Source: Macrostomum hystrix
Taxonomy: Eukaryota; Animalia; Platyhelminthes
NCBI GenBank assembly: GCA_950097015.1
Contig: CATNEN010000014.1
Span: 1,984,001-2,048,000 of the forward strand
Length of the DNA stretch: 64,000 nucleotides
Reading direction: 5' to 3'
Part shown: positions 1 to 11,709 of the stretch, piece after piece
How the letters are laid out: every line of letters begins with the position of its first letter
How positions within the stretch are numbered: position 1 is the stretch's first letter
The notes under the pieces: generated by a model
Told to the model about the DNA's origin: nothing
The model's input: the letters and a program-made list of their open reading frames with translations, nothing else
Databases searched by the model: none
Translations under genes and position numbers: made by a program

Positions 1-1517
1 TAGTCGGCGCACATGCGCAACGTCCCATCCTTTTTCTTTACCCATATGACGGGTGATGCGTTGCTCACGGGCCCCTCGATTGGTTCAATTATTCCTAGCT
101 GTTGCAAGCGGTCCAGCTCCGCATTGACTTGCTCCTCTACGGCAATGGGTACTGCACGAGCCCGGCAGAACTTCGGCTTGGCACCTTCGACGAGTTCCAT
201 GCGTGCCTTTATCCCTCTTATTGCAGGCAAGGGTTGTTGGCCACTGCGACTATGGCTTGAAGATGCAGGCGAGGCGTGAAACAGGCCATCGGAATCTAGT
301 AAGTCGCGGCCAAGCAAGCCGTATGGCTTGTTCGAGGCGACTACGATCAGTTCTGCCGGATGCAGGCGACCGCGCGGCTCTACGGCAGCTGAGAGCTTCC
401 CCAGCGAATGCATCACATGGCCGTCGAATGCTTCGAGTCGACGAGAGCACTTCTGGAGCTGCAGCCGGCCAAGTGACGTCCATTGGGAGCTTGAGAGCAC
501 CGAGATGGAGGCTCCGGTGTCGATTTGCATGTTTACTGGCTTGCCGTCAATGGCTATGGGCTCGGTGACAACGCCGATAGCATGCACATAGTCCGCATCG
601 CAGATGTGCATCAGGGGATCTGTGGCCCTTTCGTTGGGACTTGCGTCAGGATCCATTGAATTGGCGGCATAATGCACCAGACGAGAGGATGACGAGCGGC
701 ATACATTGGCAAAATGGTTCTTCTTGCCGCACTTGGAGCAGTCTTTACCAAAGGCAGGGCACCGGCCATCAGAATGCGACTTCCCGCAGTAGCGGCAGTC
801 ACTGACACGCCGAGTGCTGGCGTGTTTTGAATTCTGAGGTTGTTCGGGGTGCCGCGAGTGAGAAAAGTGCACTGTGGACTCGCAGTCCGGATTTGGTGAT
901 AAGCTCGCTGATGAGAGCTGAGGGGGAGAGGCGCTTTCGGCGATCGGGCGAGCTTGATTAGTTGTCGAGACAAAGGATGACATCTGTTCCTGAGTACGAA
1001 TAAAGTCAGAAATTTCCAAGACTGTCATAGGCTTGATCTGCATAGCTTCGAGCACGCGTTGCTGTACGCGAGAGTCACAGAGGCCAGAGACTAAGGCCAT
1101 ATTTATTAACTCGTCAGAAGGACTACTAGCTGTCTTTAAGTCGTCAAACCTTCAGTCCTTCGCAGCCTGACGTAGGCGACTCACGAAGTCGGTAATGGAC
1201 TCTTTTGGTGCTTGTCGAACTGAGAAGAAGCGAACACGTTCGGCAATAGTACGTTTTTCTTTGGGTCGCAAATAATTTAGCAATTCCTCTTGAATTTCTG
1301 TGAATGCCAGATAAGTAAAGGCTCGCGGCGAGATTAGATTCTGTAACTTTTCCACAGCACTGAGGCCGCAACAGGCCAGGAAGTTGTCAGCAATGTATTT
1401 CCTGTCGCTCTTGTCTTCCCATCCTTTGGCGCGAGCTAACGCCTCGAAAGCGATGAGCCAAGTCTGCGCGCGAGCCGCATGTTCCAGAGGCAGTTCGCCA
1501 AGGCTACGCGACGCCAT
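1..1517 (-). mobile_element. Ty3/Gypsy LTR retrotransposon gag-pol (5' part; runs off the window start), one premature TGA
   Basis: Minus-strand frame from ATG at 1515-1517 (MASRSLGEL...). Gag-like segment (AERVRFFSVRQAPKESITDFVSRLRQAAKD), then TGA at 1152-1154. The same frame continues through two zinc knuckles (CRYCGKSHSDGRC, CSKCGKKNHFANVC), aspartic protease (MQIDTGASISV...LLGRDLL) and the RT N-terminus (NASPVIWVRKKDGTLRMCAD). Confidence 0.93.
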
Positions 1518-1715
1518 TGATGTGCCTGTAGCTTGCGCCTCAATGAAGACGAAGTAATGCTTAATGGGAGTGTGACGTGAAGTCCCTTTTGGTGCGTGTA
1601 ACAAGACTTTCTTTATATGTAAACATGCTGAGGGGATCCACAGAGATGCATCTCTGTGGGCTGCGGAACATAGACAAAAGGAGCAGAGCGTAACTTAAGT
1701 GTGCGATGGCTGACA
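1518..1715 (-). repeat. Putative 5' LTR of the Gypsy element
   Basis: On the minus strand it starts TGTCAG and ends ...CATCA one base before TGGCGTCGCG (PBS-like, overlapping the gag ATG), and contains ATATAAAG. The partner LTR is outside the window, so boundaries are unconfirmed. Confidence 0.5.
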
Positions 1716-1742
1716 AATAAAAGTGCATTAGCATTGGTAGAT

Positions 1743-1838
1743 TTATGCTAGGCTTCCGAGTGCGTAAATAGTCTTTGCACGAGTGCGCGCAGCGCACGAG
1801 TGCCATAGACTATTTACGCACTAGGAAGCCTAGCATAA
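1743..1838. mobile_element. 96-bp foldback / mini-MITE
   Basis: TTATGCTAGGCTTCCGAGTGCGTAAATAGTCT (1743-1774) is the reverse complement, with 1 mismatch, of AGACTATTTACGCACTAGGAAGCCTAGCATAA (1807-1838). Confidence 0.7.
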
Positions 1839-2004
1839 GTGCATTGATTTATGACCAAGTGTGTGTGCGCAAGACCAGCTCCTTCGGCCCATAGACAATA
1901 CCCGTCTGGGATTTACTGCATAGTAGCTCAGAAGAGGGATGGCACGGAGATCAAGTGGAGTATCATTTACCGCACAGTTGCGGAATTTACTGCACACTTC
2001 AATC

Positions 2005-4436
2005 CACAGATTCTATATTATCTAGATGCGCCACTGCAGCAATTTCTAATGCATTCAGTTGCCGCTTTCAATGCCTCTGCGAAAAACCCAGGGTTTATGC
2101 CACAGACATTTTACGCTGCTGCAGTCAAGCGGCAGCCATGATCACAGATTCTATATTATATTATATTAGCCATGATCGTCTCTCACTTGCAAGCAGAGCT
2201 GCAGATTTTAAGGTTGGCACAGCGCAATCCTCCACAACTGAGTACGAACACCAACCAGTGATGAGCGGGCATCGCTGCTGCGCTGCTGCTTGTGATTCGA
2301 GGGAGAACACGCCAGTTTCACAACACGGCTTCGCTGTGCACCTGCATCAGTTTCCGAGCGATGATGAGGTGGCAGCGCAATGGATTCGAGTGCTAGAGCT
2401 CCAGAATATGGATGTGCAGACTGCGCGAAGCCGTAGGCTGAAGGTTTGCAGCCTGCACTTTAAGGACTCGGACTACCCCATCGCACCACGTGACAGGCGC
2501 TCGGCTCGGTTGAGGAAAGACGCCGTTCCATGGCCTGCAACTTTCCCTCCGCGATTGCAGCGCATGGACTGGGAGCCTGAGCCACTGCCGGATGACATCG
2601 CTGACAACATCTATCCACCGGTCCTGCATCGCATAGATTCACCTGACGGCTCAGAAACCTCGTTTTCTGCTCAATCTGAGGCGCCAGCCTGTGATTCGCC
2701 AGCTCTGTCGACACATGCGATTGCAGAATTACGACTGAAAGTGAAGAGGATGAGAGACAGAATTCGGAGCAAGGATCGTGCTATCAAGCGACTGCAGCGG
2801 AAGGATTTAAAATCTGGCAAACCCAGCCACAATTGTGATCTGAGTGTGCGCCAGACATCAATTGCCGCACGAGCCACCATCCGCAACCGCGGCGTTCGCT
2901 GGAGTCGTGAGCATATTCGGAATGCCATATCAATTCACCATCTTAGCCCTGCAGCCTACAAATACCTGCGACAACAGCCCGACGCTGCGCTGCCATCGCT
3001 CACTGCGCTCAAGCGAAGGACTCGATTGTTCTTTGCGGAGCCTGGGCCCTGCAGGTTCACCATCGCCGAGCTCAAGAGATCAATCGCAGAACGACCCACG
3101 CACGAGAGGATCGCTACACTCAGCTTGGATGGAATGCGGATCTCACCCTCGATTCGATACGATGCGGCACGAGATGTCATCGTGGGAATCACTCCGAGCT
3201 CCGCATCCTTGGAAACAGCGAAGCCGATCAACCAAGCGGTGGTGGCGCACCTGCGAGCTGTGGCTGCGCCATGGAAGCAGCCTATCGCATGCTACTTCGT
3301 CAACCACAATCAGAGCCAGGCGCAGTTCCAGGCCAGCATCGAGGACTGCCTGCATGCGGCGGACCAGGCAGGAGTGCGCGTGAAGGCACTCGTCTGCGAC
3401 CAGGAGCCAACTCAATGGGCACATATTAAGAAGACTGTGACCAACTCTCAGCCCAGCTTCGCCCATCCAACAACTGAAGAAGCAGTCTTCGTCGTTCTGG
3501 ATGTTCCTCACTGTTTGAAGAACACACGCAACTGCCTTCTTAAGTACGACATCGAGTTTGACGGGACCAAGCGTGCGAGCTGGCTGAATATTCGAGAATT
3601 CTACGAATCAGAGAGCAGGAGAGTGTTGAAGCTGGCTGTGAAGCTGACTGATGCGCACATCAGCCCAAGCATCGCCCAGAAGATGAAGGTCTCACTGGCT
3701 GCGCAGGTCTTCAGCCACTGGCTGCTGCGCAAGCTTCTGGTGTTCGACTGTGATTCATGCAAGCTGCTGCTCATGACGAGCGAATCTGCAGCCAGAATAT
3801 TTGAGCACAGGGCCTTCGCGGACGCCAAGTTCGGCCTCACGCAGCCAACAGAAGAATGCGCAGCTGCTTTGGGTCAAATGGAGCAGCTGTTCCGGCAAGT
3901 GATGGCAGCCGCTTTATCCCCTGATGGCGTCCTCGCATCGATTGTACACTGATTTGAGCAAGAGGATGTTACTCTGCCTTTCTGCCAAGAGCATTTGCGC
4001 GATGGCAACGCGCGAGCTAGGCGACTCTTCGTCAGAACTCGCCTGCATCACTGGTGCAGGCAGAGAATGAGGGCGATCCGGAGGGAGCGGGATTGCGTTG
4101 CAGCTAAGCGCAAGTTGAGCAAGTTGCAGTGACTTGCTGTGAGTTCTGAATCGATTTTGCTGAGAATTAAAGCTTAATCAATCGTCAAATTTGATGATAT
4201 GTTGCACTCCGCCCTTTGATATTTTGTTTTTTAGCATTGTTCGTCCCTGATGATGGGCTCACTGTATCTATCAGGTCCAATATATCGTGAAAAAATCAGA
4301 TAGGAATAAAAGCAAGCATTTAATTGCTGATCGCTTGCTCCATAGGCACTTACTTGTCTGTGGTCAAAATTCCTGGATTTTCGCGCAGCGGCCAGCTGGG
4401 GTATGAGTGACGCATCTAGGTAATATAGAATCTGTG
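2005..4436 (+). mobile_element. P-element-superfamily (THAP9-like) DNA transposon, internally deleted
   Basis: About 31-bp TIRs: CACAGATTCTATATTATCTAGATGCGCCAC at 2005 versus the reverse complement of GTGACGCATCTAGGTAATATAGAATCTGTG ending at 4436 (2 mismatches). They enclose a THAP transposase ORF. A second partial TIR lies at 2143. No matching TSD was found. Confidence 0.85.
2261..4132 (+). pseudogene. THAP-domain P-element transposase, internally deleted and with a late in-frame stop
   Basis: C2CH THAP domain (CCAAAC...FPSD...W...VCSLHF), coiled coil, HTH (WSREHIRNAISIHHLSPAAYKYLR), RNase H acidic motifs LSLDGM and VCDQ, DVPHCLKNTRN, and GTP-binding segment KMKVSLAAQVFS. The sequence then jumps straight to the C-terminal WLLRKL..CDSC region. 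TGA at 3950-3952 is followed in frame by the typical tail (CQEH...LFVRTRLHHWC...KRKLSKL*) ending at 4132. Confidence 0.9.
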
Positions 4437-4862
4437 GCCTTTCCAACCTTGCACACCTAGTGTACACTTTTTACCACAGACGTTTCTTCTTCGAACAGAT
4501 CTGCCTTTTACCATAGACTATAGACAAAGTCCAAGAGAGAAAGAGAGTCAGAGGTTTTACACAAGGCGTAAAAGTGCAATCAAAGTTGGCGGGCAAACGG
4601 GGAATACGTATACTTTGGTATATTTCACATTTATTTCGGCTCCCTAGGGTGGAAGGCTCGAGGCGCAAATTTATTGACCGAGGCGAAGCCGGCGAGGCGA
4701 GGCGATTTATATATATAAATACATACACACCATAGACTACATGTATGGCGCAGTATACACGTCAGAGCAGTAAATATTGTTACCAGCCCTTTGCTATTTA
4801 CGGGCAAATATTTGTGCCCTACAACGGATGTCTATGGCCTTCTTGCCCGCAAAATACGAATT

Positions 4863-4925
4863 CACAGATTCTGTATTACCTATAGAATATAGAATATATA
4901 GAATATAGGTAATATAGAATCTGTG
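4863..4925. mobile_element. 63-bp MITE sharing the TIR of the adjacent P-like element
   Basis: CACAGATTCTGTATTACCTA...TAGGTAATATAGAATCTGTG, flanked on both sides by TACGAATT (4855-4862 and 4926-4933), an 8-bp TSD. Confidence 0.85.
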
Positions 4926-5140
4926 TACGAATTAGCGGACAAATAATGACATTATGTGCCCGCTAATTTTTGTGCTCAGAAATTTAAGAATCAGAAACCG
5001 AACAAAAAGTTAACATGGGTGTATTTTAGCATTAAGAAACATTTGTAGAACTAAAAAATGTGAAAACGAAAAACAAGCAACGTTCTTCAGTCATTCAGCA
5101 TATACTCCACGTTAGTCACTTGTAAAGGCGGACAGAAGAC

Positions 5141-6569
5141 TCACAGGTAGATCGAAAGCTTTGTACCATTTTTCTCCAGAACTACAGTAGGCTTCGGTTC
5201 GCAGTGTGGCTTGTTGGCCTCGGATTCAGACTTCTTGCACTCGGCAGTCTGTGTAACAATCTCCACCATGCGCTCACCCGCCTCAGCAGCATGATATGCC
5301 GACTTCTTGACAATAGCATGTTCAACAACGGAATCTGGCGTCTCAACTCTTGCCGTTCGGCACAGTAAGTTCTCTGAAATCATTCGGCTCAGACCTCTCT
5401 TTTGACCCAAGGAGAGTACCTTCGTGTACCTCTGCACAGACTCGGCTTTTTGTGTCCGGATGAATGTGCTCGACAGGCACATCACGGGCGGCAAGGTCAG
5501 TTATGACTGTTGGTCGAATGCAGTGATTAGTGTAGCATTTTGATAAGCCAGCCCGCATGGAAATCGTTTTCATCATGGAATCCAGCGTGTTTTTGCCCAA
5601 CACCTCCTTGGTGCAGTACCATTCACCAATCTGCCACTTGGCACGGGGGCGAGGGAACAGCGCTGTTCCCCCTGCCGGTAGCCTGCTTAGGTAGAGCTTC
5701 AGCGCCTGAACTGGGCATTTTGGGTCGCCAGGCAGCGCGAAAATTCCAATCTGCTTCATGCTTCCAGGACTGACAGCTTTCACACACTTCTCCTTTTTCT
5801 CCTTCAGCAGATCAACAAATTCCACGCCACTGGCATCCTTCCCGAAGACAATGTCTTTCCTGTCTAGTCCCCGGATCGCCTCCCTGCCACGGAAAGCAAA
5901 GTGTGACATGAGCAGGTAAAACACCTCGTCTTGCAGAGTCGTCGGGGTGGATCGGTCAAAGTACGACTGTAGTTGCGCCTTGTCCTCATCTTCGATGGGC
6001 TGAAAGCCGGAGGACACTAAAGTAGTCTGCTTCTGGCGAAGGCTTCTAGTTATTGCCGCCTTGTAGGTTGTATCGAATTGAGCAAAAGCTGGATTCCCAA
6101 TGATACCAGTTCCTACGGTAGATAGCAGGTGCCTGTGCAGACTGGCGCGAATGCAGGCCAAAGATGGTGGAGCGTAATTTGAACCGTCAGCCTTTCGCAG
6201 CCTCACGAAAAACAGTCGCAAATATTCGATAAGATATTTCGTCGGAATGTCTCTCATCGCAACAGCAACGCCAACGTCGTTCTTCAGGAAGACTTCAAAC
6301 TTTGCGACGTGCTGGGTAGTTTGTGCAGCCGTAGATTTCACTTCAGCATCAGTCTCCGCATCCCGCACTTCCTTCAATTGCTCCTCGGTGAGTGTAGAGT
6401 CCTCACAATCAAATCCCATCAAATCGCTTGCCTGCGCTGCAGTAAGTCCGGTATGCGAGCCGACTTTGTCGCTTGGAGCAAACGCAGAGGAGAAAACAAA
6501 GTCGACCTCTTCTTTTGTTAGGCCACATACTCGTATGTATTCTACTTCTATCTTGTCCCAGCGTATCAT
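5141..6569 (-). pseudogene. Crypton-type (DUF3504/ZMYM-related) tyrosine recombinase, frameshifted near the catalytic His/Tyr
   Basis: LRKADGSNYAPPSL, HFAFRGRE (catalytic Arg), KCPVQALKLYLSRLP, LGKNTLDSMMKTISMRAGL and YTNHCIR (HxxR). The expected SGHKK-AESVQRY segment is split across frames around 5440-5465. Confidence 0.85.
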
Positions 6570-7937
6570 GTTTGCGTATCATGTTTGTGTTTCGACGCGA
6601 ATTAAAATAATAAAACATAGAAGAGCCCAACTGGTCTAGGAAGCTCGTCCACTCAACTACTTTAACTACGAAGAATTAGTCTATGGTCAAAAGCCTCACT
6701 AGAACTCTAGCCACGGCAGAGATTTAGCGCATCCAACAAAAAAAATCCGTCCACTTTTTCCTCCGATTTTTCTTAATTACCCAACACCTAATGTATGCCT
6801 AATGCTGTGACTCGATATGCTTTTCGAGTGTCCTCGTTGCCATATTTTAGTGGATTCTTAGCATTTTTCCTTGCCTAGTTATTTTATAAATAGCAATAAA
6901 CTGGAAACAATACCATTAGTACCCATGCTTTGCGGGCAACGATCGAAAATCCCTCGGGCGACAAATGACTAGCTAACGAATCGTAGCTCAAATTGTTATT
7001 ATGGCTTAGGACAAAGTCTATAAGAAAGATTTAGGTCAGAATAGACTTCTGCAAAGTAAAAACCTAGGAAAGGAGCTAGATTTTTTATTCTTGTTGCTTA
7101 AAAATCGGAAACAGATTTTCGTGTCATTTTCTTTTATTTCGCTGGTAAATTTTTATGAGTAAACTTTCTCTTGGTCATTACGGATGCGATATCTCATCTT
7201 GATAAGACGTAGCCACTAGCCAACGTGTCGGGATAGAAAAGCACGTTTTTCAACTTTTAACGATTGCCGCTTTTGCCCAGTTGAACCGATTTGGATGCGT
7301 TTTTTGCAAAACATGTAAAAGACTCGGGTCTATGCACTGATGTGAAAATCGTTGCCATGGCAACGCGTTTTGGTTGCCATGGCAACCAAAACATGATTTT
7401 TTTGGACGTGACGAAAAATGCTCTTTGGCCGCTTAAGCCGGCATTTTATCGTATCGCCAAGTGGCTCTATCCAGTCGATGCGGGCTATAGAAGCCTACAA
7501 TGATTTGATATGGATTTTTTCTTGCTGACCCATCTTCTGGGTCAAAGGGTCAAAAAACAGGTTTTTGAGGTTGAAAAAATGTGCATGTTTTTAAACTTTC
7601 TCACCATGCAAGTCAAAGGCCGCGCGCTAGCGCGGACTTTGACTTGCGGGATCGTAACCCTAACACATAGGCCTACTTGATGGTGGAGAAATATTTTGAC
7701 CGTGTACTTTTGTGATTGAAATAAATGTGCACTTTTAAAGTACTTTTAGTACAGGGTGCACTTTGGACGCCTCTATGACACAGACGTGTGACTTGAATCG
7801 CATTTCAACACATGTCAACCAACTTTCTTGGGTGTCGCCTATACGAAAATGTTGGTTTCAGACTGATTGAATGTTGTTTACCGAAGATGTGGGTAATTAA
7901 ATCCTAAAAGCGTGATTTTGGTCATTTTTAGTCATTT

Positions 7938-8908
7938 TTCGAGGTACAAAACTGCATGGCCAGAACGTATTTGGTGTGTGATTCGAATGCGGCTTCAGTT
8001 TTTAGAAGCGCAACAGATGTGCGCACAAAATGTATATCTCGAATTCTCTAATCATCCACTTGCCCCGATGGTGGATGCGAAAATCCCAAATTTTGACCCC
8101 CCAGGGGGCTAAAACATGCAAAACAGGATCAGTCATAACTTTTGATTACTGCATCCGTTGGTGTTGCGTTTAGCGTTGCTGAATTTCATTTAAGACCCTC
8201 TTTCATTTGATACTAGACTCGTGTACGCATATTCAGTAGGTGGCGATCTGTACTAAAATATGTACCTGTACAGGTGTATGTATGAGAGAAAAAGTTTGCC
8301 ATTTTCGCCCCTACGATAGTGCACTTTGTCGCATTGAACCGAAAATGGTGTCAATAGACGCTAACAGATGTCCTATAAATATTTGCTCTGTCAACGGAAG
8401 CAGTGCGAGGCATATGATTAACGGTATTAACATTTCAAGTAAAAAAACGTGATTTTTTGATAATTTTGCAAATTTTTGCATCTTTCGAGGTACAAAACTG
8501 CATGGCCAGAACGTATTTAGTGTGCGATTCGAATGCGGCTTCAGTTTTTAGAAGCGCAACAGATGTGCGCACAAAGTGTATATTTTGAATTTTTTTATCA
8601 TCCACTTGTCCCGGAGGTGGATGCGAAAATCCCAAATTTTGACCCCCCCGGGGAGCTAAAACATTCAAAACAGGATCAGTCATAACTTTTGATTACTGCA
8701 TCCGTTGGTGTTGCGCTTACCGTTGCTGAATTGCATTTAAGACCCTCTTTCATTTGATACTAGACTCGTGTACACACATTCAGTAGTTGGCCATCTGTAC
8801 TAAGATATGTACCTGTACAGGTGTACGTATGAGAGAAAAGGTTTGCCATTTCCGCCCCTACGATAGTGCACTTTGTCGTATTGAACTGCAAATGGTGTCA
8901 ATAGACGC
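7938..8908. repeat. Direct duplication of a ~425-bp unit (period ~545 bp), probably the interior of a non-autonomous DNA transposon
   Basis: TTTCGAGGTACAAAACTGCATGGCCAGAACG...ATGGTGTCAATAGACGC occurs at 7938-8361 and again at 8483-8908; a degenerate echo lies near 9330-9390. Confidence 0.85.
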
Positions 8909-10052
8909 ATGTGGATGTTTAAAAGAGAATGACATGTCAACTTAAAGTCAGCGTCACATTCAAGATGCTAAAGCTTGATTTGCAGTTGGAAAACGTGTTG
9001 TTTTCGTAGAAATTAAAAAAATCATGCAATTTTTCGAACCTATAAAGGTAAATTTTGTAAAAACGGTCTTGCGAATTTTTTTTATGTACAGAGACGAATT
9101 GTACCCAATACTATTCTGCATCTGATGAGCAGCTGCATTAGTGTTGGAAAATTCGATTTTTCGAAATGGAACGCACATTACAGCAATTTTGACACCCGGG
9201 GCCTATGCCAATTTATCATAAGATTACTCATAAGATTTTAGTAGTGCGATTTCTCGAATCAAGTTTGGTGTCGTTGGATAGCGTTTTCGGATTTACTCAA
9301 ATAAAATGTTGTTCTTTGCCCCAATGTCATTGAAAATGGTTTCAATAGATGCGTCTAGATGTTTCCAAGACAATGACATGTCACTTGAAGCTGTGCATCA
9401 CATTTCAGATGTACAGTATTGATTTTCATTTATAAAATGTGATTTTTTTTCATGCACACAAATTATGCAACCTTGAGTGAAAATTGTGCTAAAATGGTTA
9501 ATTATTCGCACATAAGTTTCGCATAAATTGTGTGCCCAGCATTGAAATGAATATGGTGCTTTAGTCTTTGAAAGTTAAATTATCTGATGAAGTATAAATA
9601 TGAAGTAAGCAGTAATTAATGAAAGATCATCCTGTTTTTGCGATCAACTTTTTTGCATCACATCACATCACACACACATGAATTACGAAATTTCATTAGT
9701 TAAATCTTGACTTAAAATACGCAAATAGCCCTCCATGCATTTGTCAGTGTTTGTTTGTGGGGACGAGATTTCTGTCTAGAGGTTGAGGTTTGAACGTACA
9801 TAAGCTGGGCCAAGCTGTGCTGTGCCGCCCGATCGATAAAAATCGAGGGGGAGGGGGTTCTCTCAGCCTGAGTGTCTATGGCATGAAGGAGGGCTATAGC
9901 GGGCCAGCCCCTCCCTTTTGTTTAATGTACATGGCCCAGCTCAGTTTGTCTTATCTAAGTTCTCTCCAAACCAAAGATTATAAATACCCAAGATACGTCA
10001 CTCAATGCAAAAATCTGGTTTTCGCTCTCATCACACGCTTTATGCCATAGAC

Positions 10053-10631
10053 CAGGGGTGGGCAAACTTATTTGCTGGCGGGCCAAAGAGAGAGCCTAAA
10101 AGACGACAGCGGGCCGCATTGACTGTATAAATATGAGATAGGGGAGAGATGAGACACGGGAGAGATGAGACACAGGAAAGATGGGACACGAGAGAGATGA
10201 GACACGGGAGAGATAATACAGGGAAGAGATTAGACACGGGAGAGATTAGACACGGGAGATATTAGACACGGGAGAGATGAGACAGGGAAGAGATTAGACA
10301 CGGGAGAAATTAGACACGGGAGAGATTAGACACGGGAGAGATGAGACAGGGAAGAGATTAGACACGGGAGAAATTAGACACGGGAGAGATTAGACGCGGG
10401 AGAGACTAGACACGGGAGAGATTAGATACGAGAGCGATGAGACACGGGAGAGATTAGACACGGTAGAGATAAGACAGGGAAGAGATTAGATACGAGAGCG
10501 ATGAGACACGGGAGATATTAGACACGAGAGAGATGAAACAGGACACTGTAGATGTCAGAAGGGGCAACGGGCCGGATTTGGGAGCTTCGAGGGCCGCATC
10601 TGGCCCGCGGGCCGGAGTTTGCGCACCCCTG
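10053..10631. mobile_element. hAT (Charlie-like) MITE with internal 17-bp minisatellite
   Basis: TIRs CAGGGGTGGGCAAACT / AGTTTGCGCACCCCTG, subterminal GGCCCGCGGGCC, and 8-bp TSD CCATAGAC (10045-10052, 10632-10639). Internal GAGAGATTAGACACGGG repeats lie at ~10140-10530. Confidence 0.92.
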
Positions 10632-10898
10632 CCATAGACATTGATAGCGCTATGCACCATTTCATGAATGGATGCTGCTATTTTTTACGTGGTACATTGC
10701 AGAAATTGATGAATTGAACTTCATAAATTTAAGTGAATTTATATCAAATTACGCATGTGCTTAGGTTGTTGCTGGCGCTAGAACTATTTCACCTGGCAAT
10801 TTTATAATTATTTTATATTTACACGCATATAAAAATACGCGTAGAACACGAAAAACATGGTGGGAAAGAAAGTCGAGGACAGAGATAAGCAGTTCGAC

Positions 10899-11709
10899 TT
10901 AACAAATTACAGTGCTATAGCATAACAGCTGTGCGTAGTAGGTCATGCAATCACGCAACTCCGAGATGATCTTCGAGCACACGCCCTCCTGCCTAAACAG
11001 CAGTTGCTTATGCCTTCTGATAGTCGCTTCTGACGGCAGACCCAAGTCTTCGGAGGCTCTTAGGTGGCGGTACGCTGCAGGGCTGTGATGGTGCAGCGCT
11101 ATCGCCCTGTTCAATTCAGGTCTTGTCCATCTAAGTCCTTTCTGCTTCGTTTTACATCGCATAGAGCTCGTACGGGCTATTGAATGGAGCCTTCTGCACT
11201 TGGTCTGTAGGTGTTTGATAGTCTTGCGCTGACGAACTATCTTGCAGGCAGTGCCTTCAAGTCGCTAGTGCCTGAGGCAGGTTCAACCGGTGAAGGTCGC
11301 ATGTCAGACCTTGATGCTTCTGCAAAGCTCTGCAGCACTGGTGGGTATAGATTTTCAGCAATGTTATCTGGCAGAGGTTCAGGATCAGGGGAGACTGGTC
11401 GTAGCAGAGGAGGAAATGAGTCGCAATCCAGTAGAGTGCTCTTACGAAGCCTTGCCCCTGGCCTACTTCTGCCCACTGCTTGTCCGACAAAGTCTTCGTC
11501 CCGAAAGTGAAGGCCACAACCTTCAGCTTCCTTACGAAATTGAGATTTAAATGATTCAGCTCAAAGATTCGAAGCCATTCTTGTGCTATATAATTCTTTG
11601 ATGGAAAGCTGTGAAGCTGCACTCTTCTTCCGTCCTTCGGAGGAGCCGAGTAAACTGATGTTAAACAGCCTCTGACGCAACAGAAGCGTGAATTTAGAGA
11701 CTGCTGCAT
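10899..11709 (-). pseudogene. Truncated, frameshifted THAP/P-transposase N-terminus
   Basis: FCCVRGC...LHSFPSK...W...KV, then a frameshift into CSLHF. DPEPLPDNIAENLYPPVL matches EPEPLPDDIADNIYPPVL of the first element, and RWTRPELNRAIALHHHSPAAYRHL matches its HTH. No RNase H domain is present. Confidence 0.85.

Larger units (their letters stand above)
4511..6686 (-). mobile_element. Putative Crypton element enclosing the recombinase
   Basis: CCATAGACTA at 4511 (and 4730) versus TAGTCTATGG at 6677-6686; CCGAGGCGAAGCCG motif at 4678-4691. No TSD, which fits a recombinase-type element. Ends are inferred. Confidence 0.45.

Noticed and set aside
1955-2260. N-terminal extension of the THAP ORF given in the track
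   Set aside because: Begins at a non-ATG codon outside the left TIR and crosses it; the ATG at 2261 immediately precedes the THAP domain.
1881-4845. 8-bp TSD around the 1889-4837 CCATAGAC pair
   Set aside because: CCTTCGGC versus CCTTCTTG matches only 5 of 8 positions; insufficient to call.
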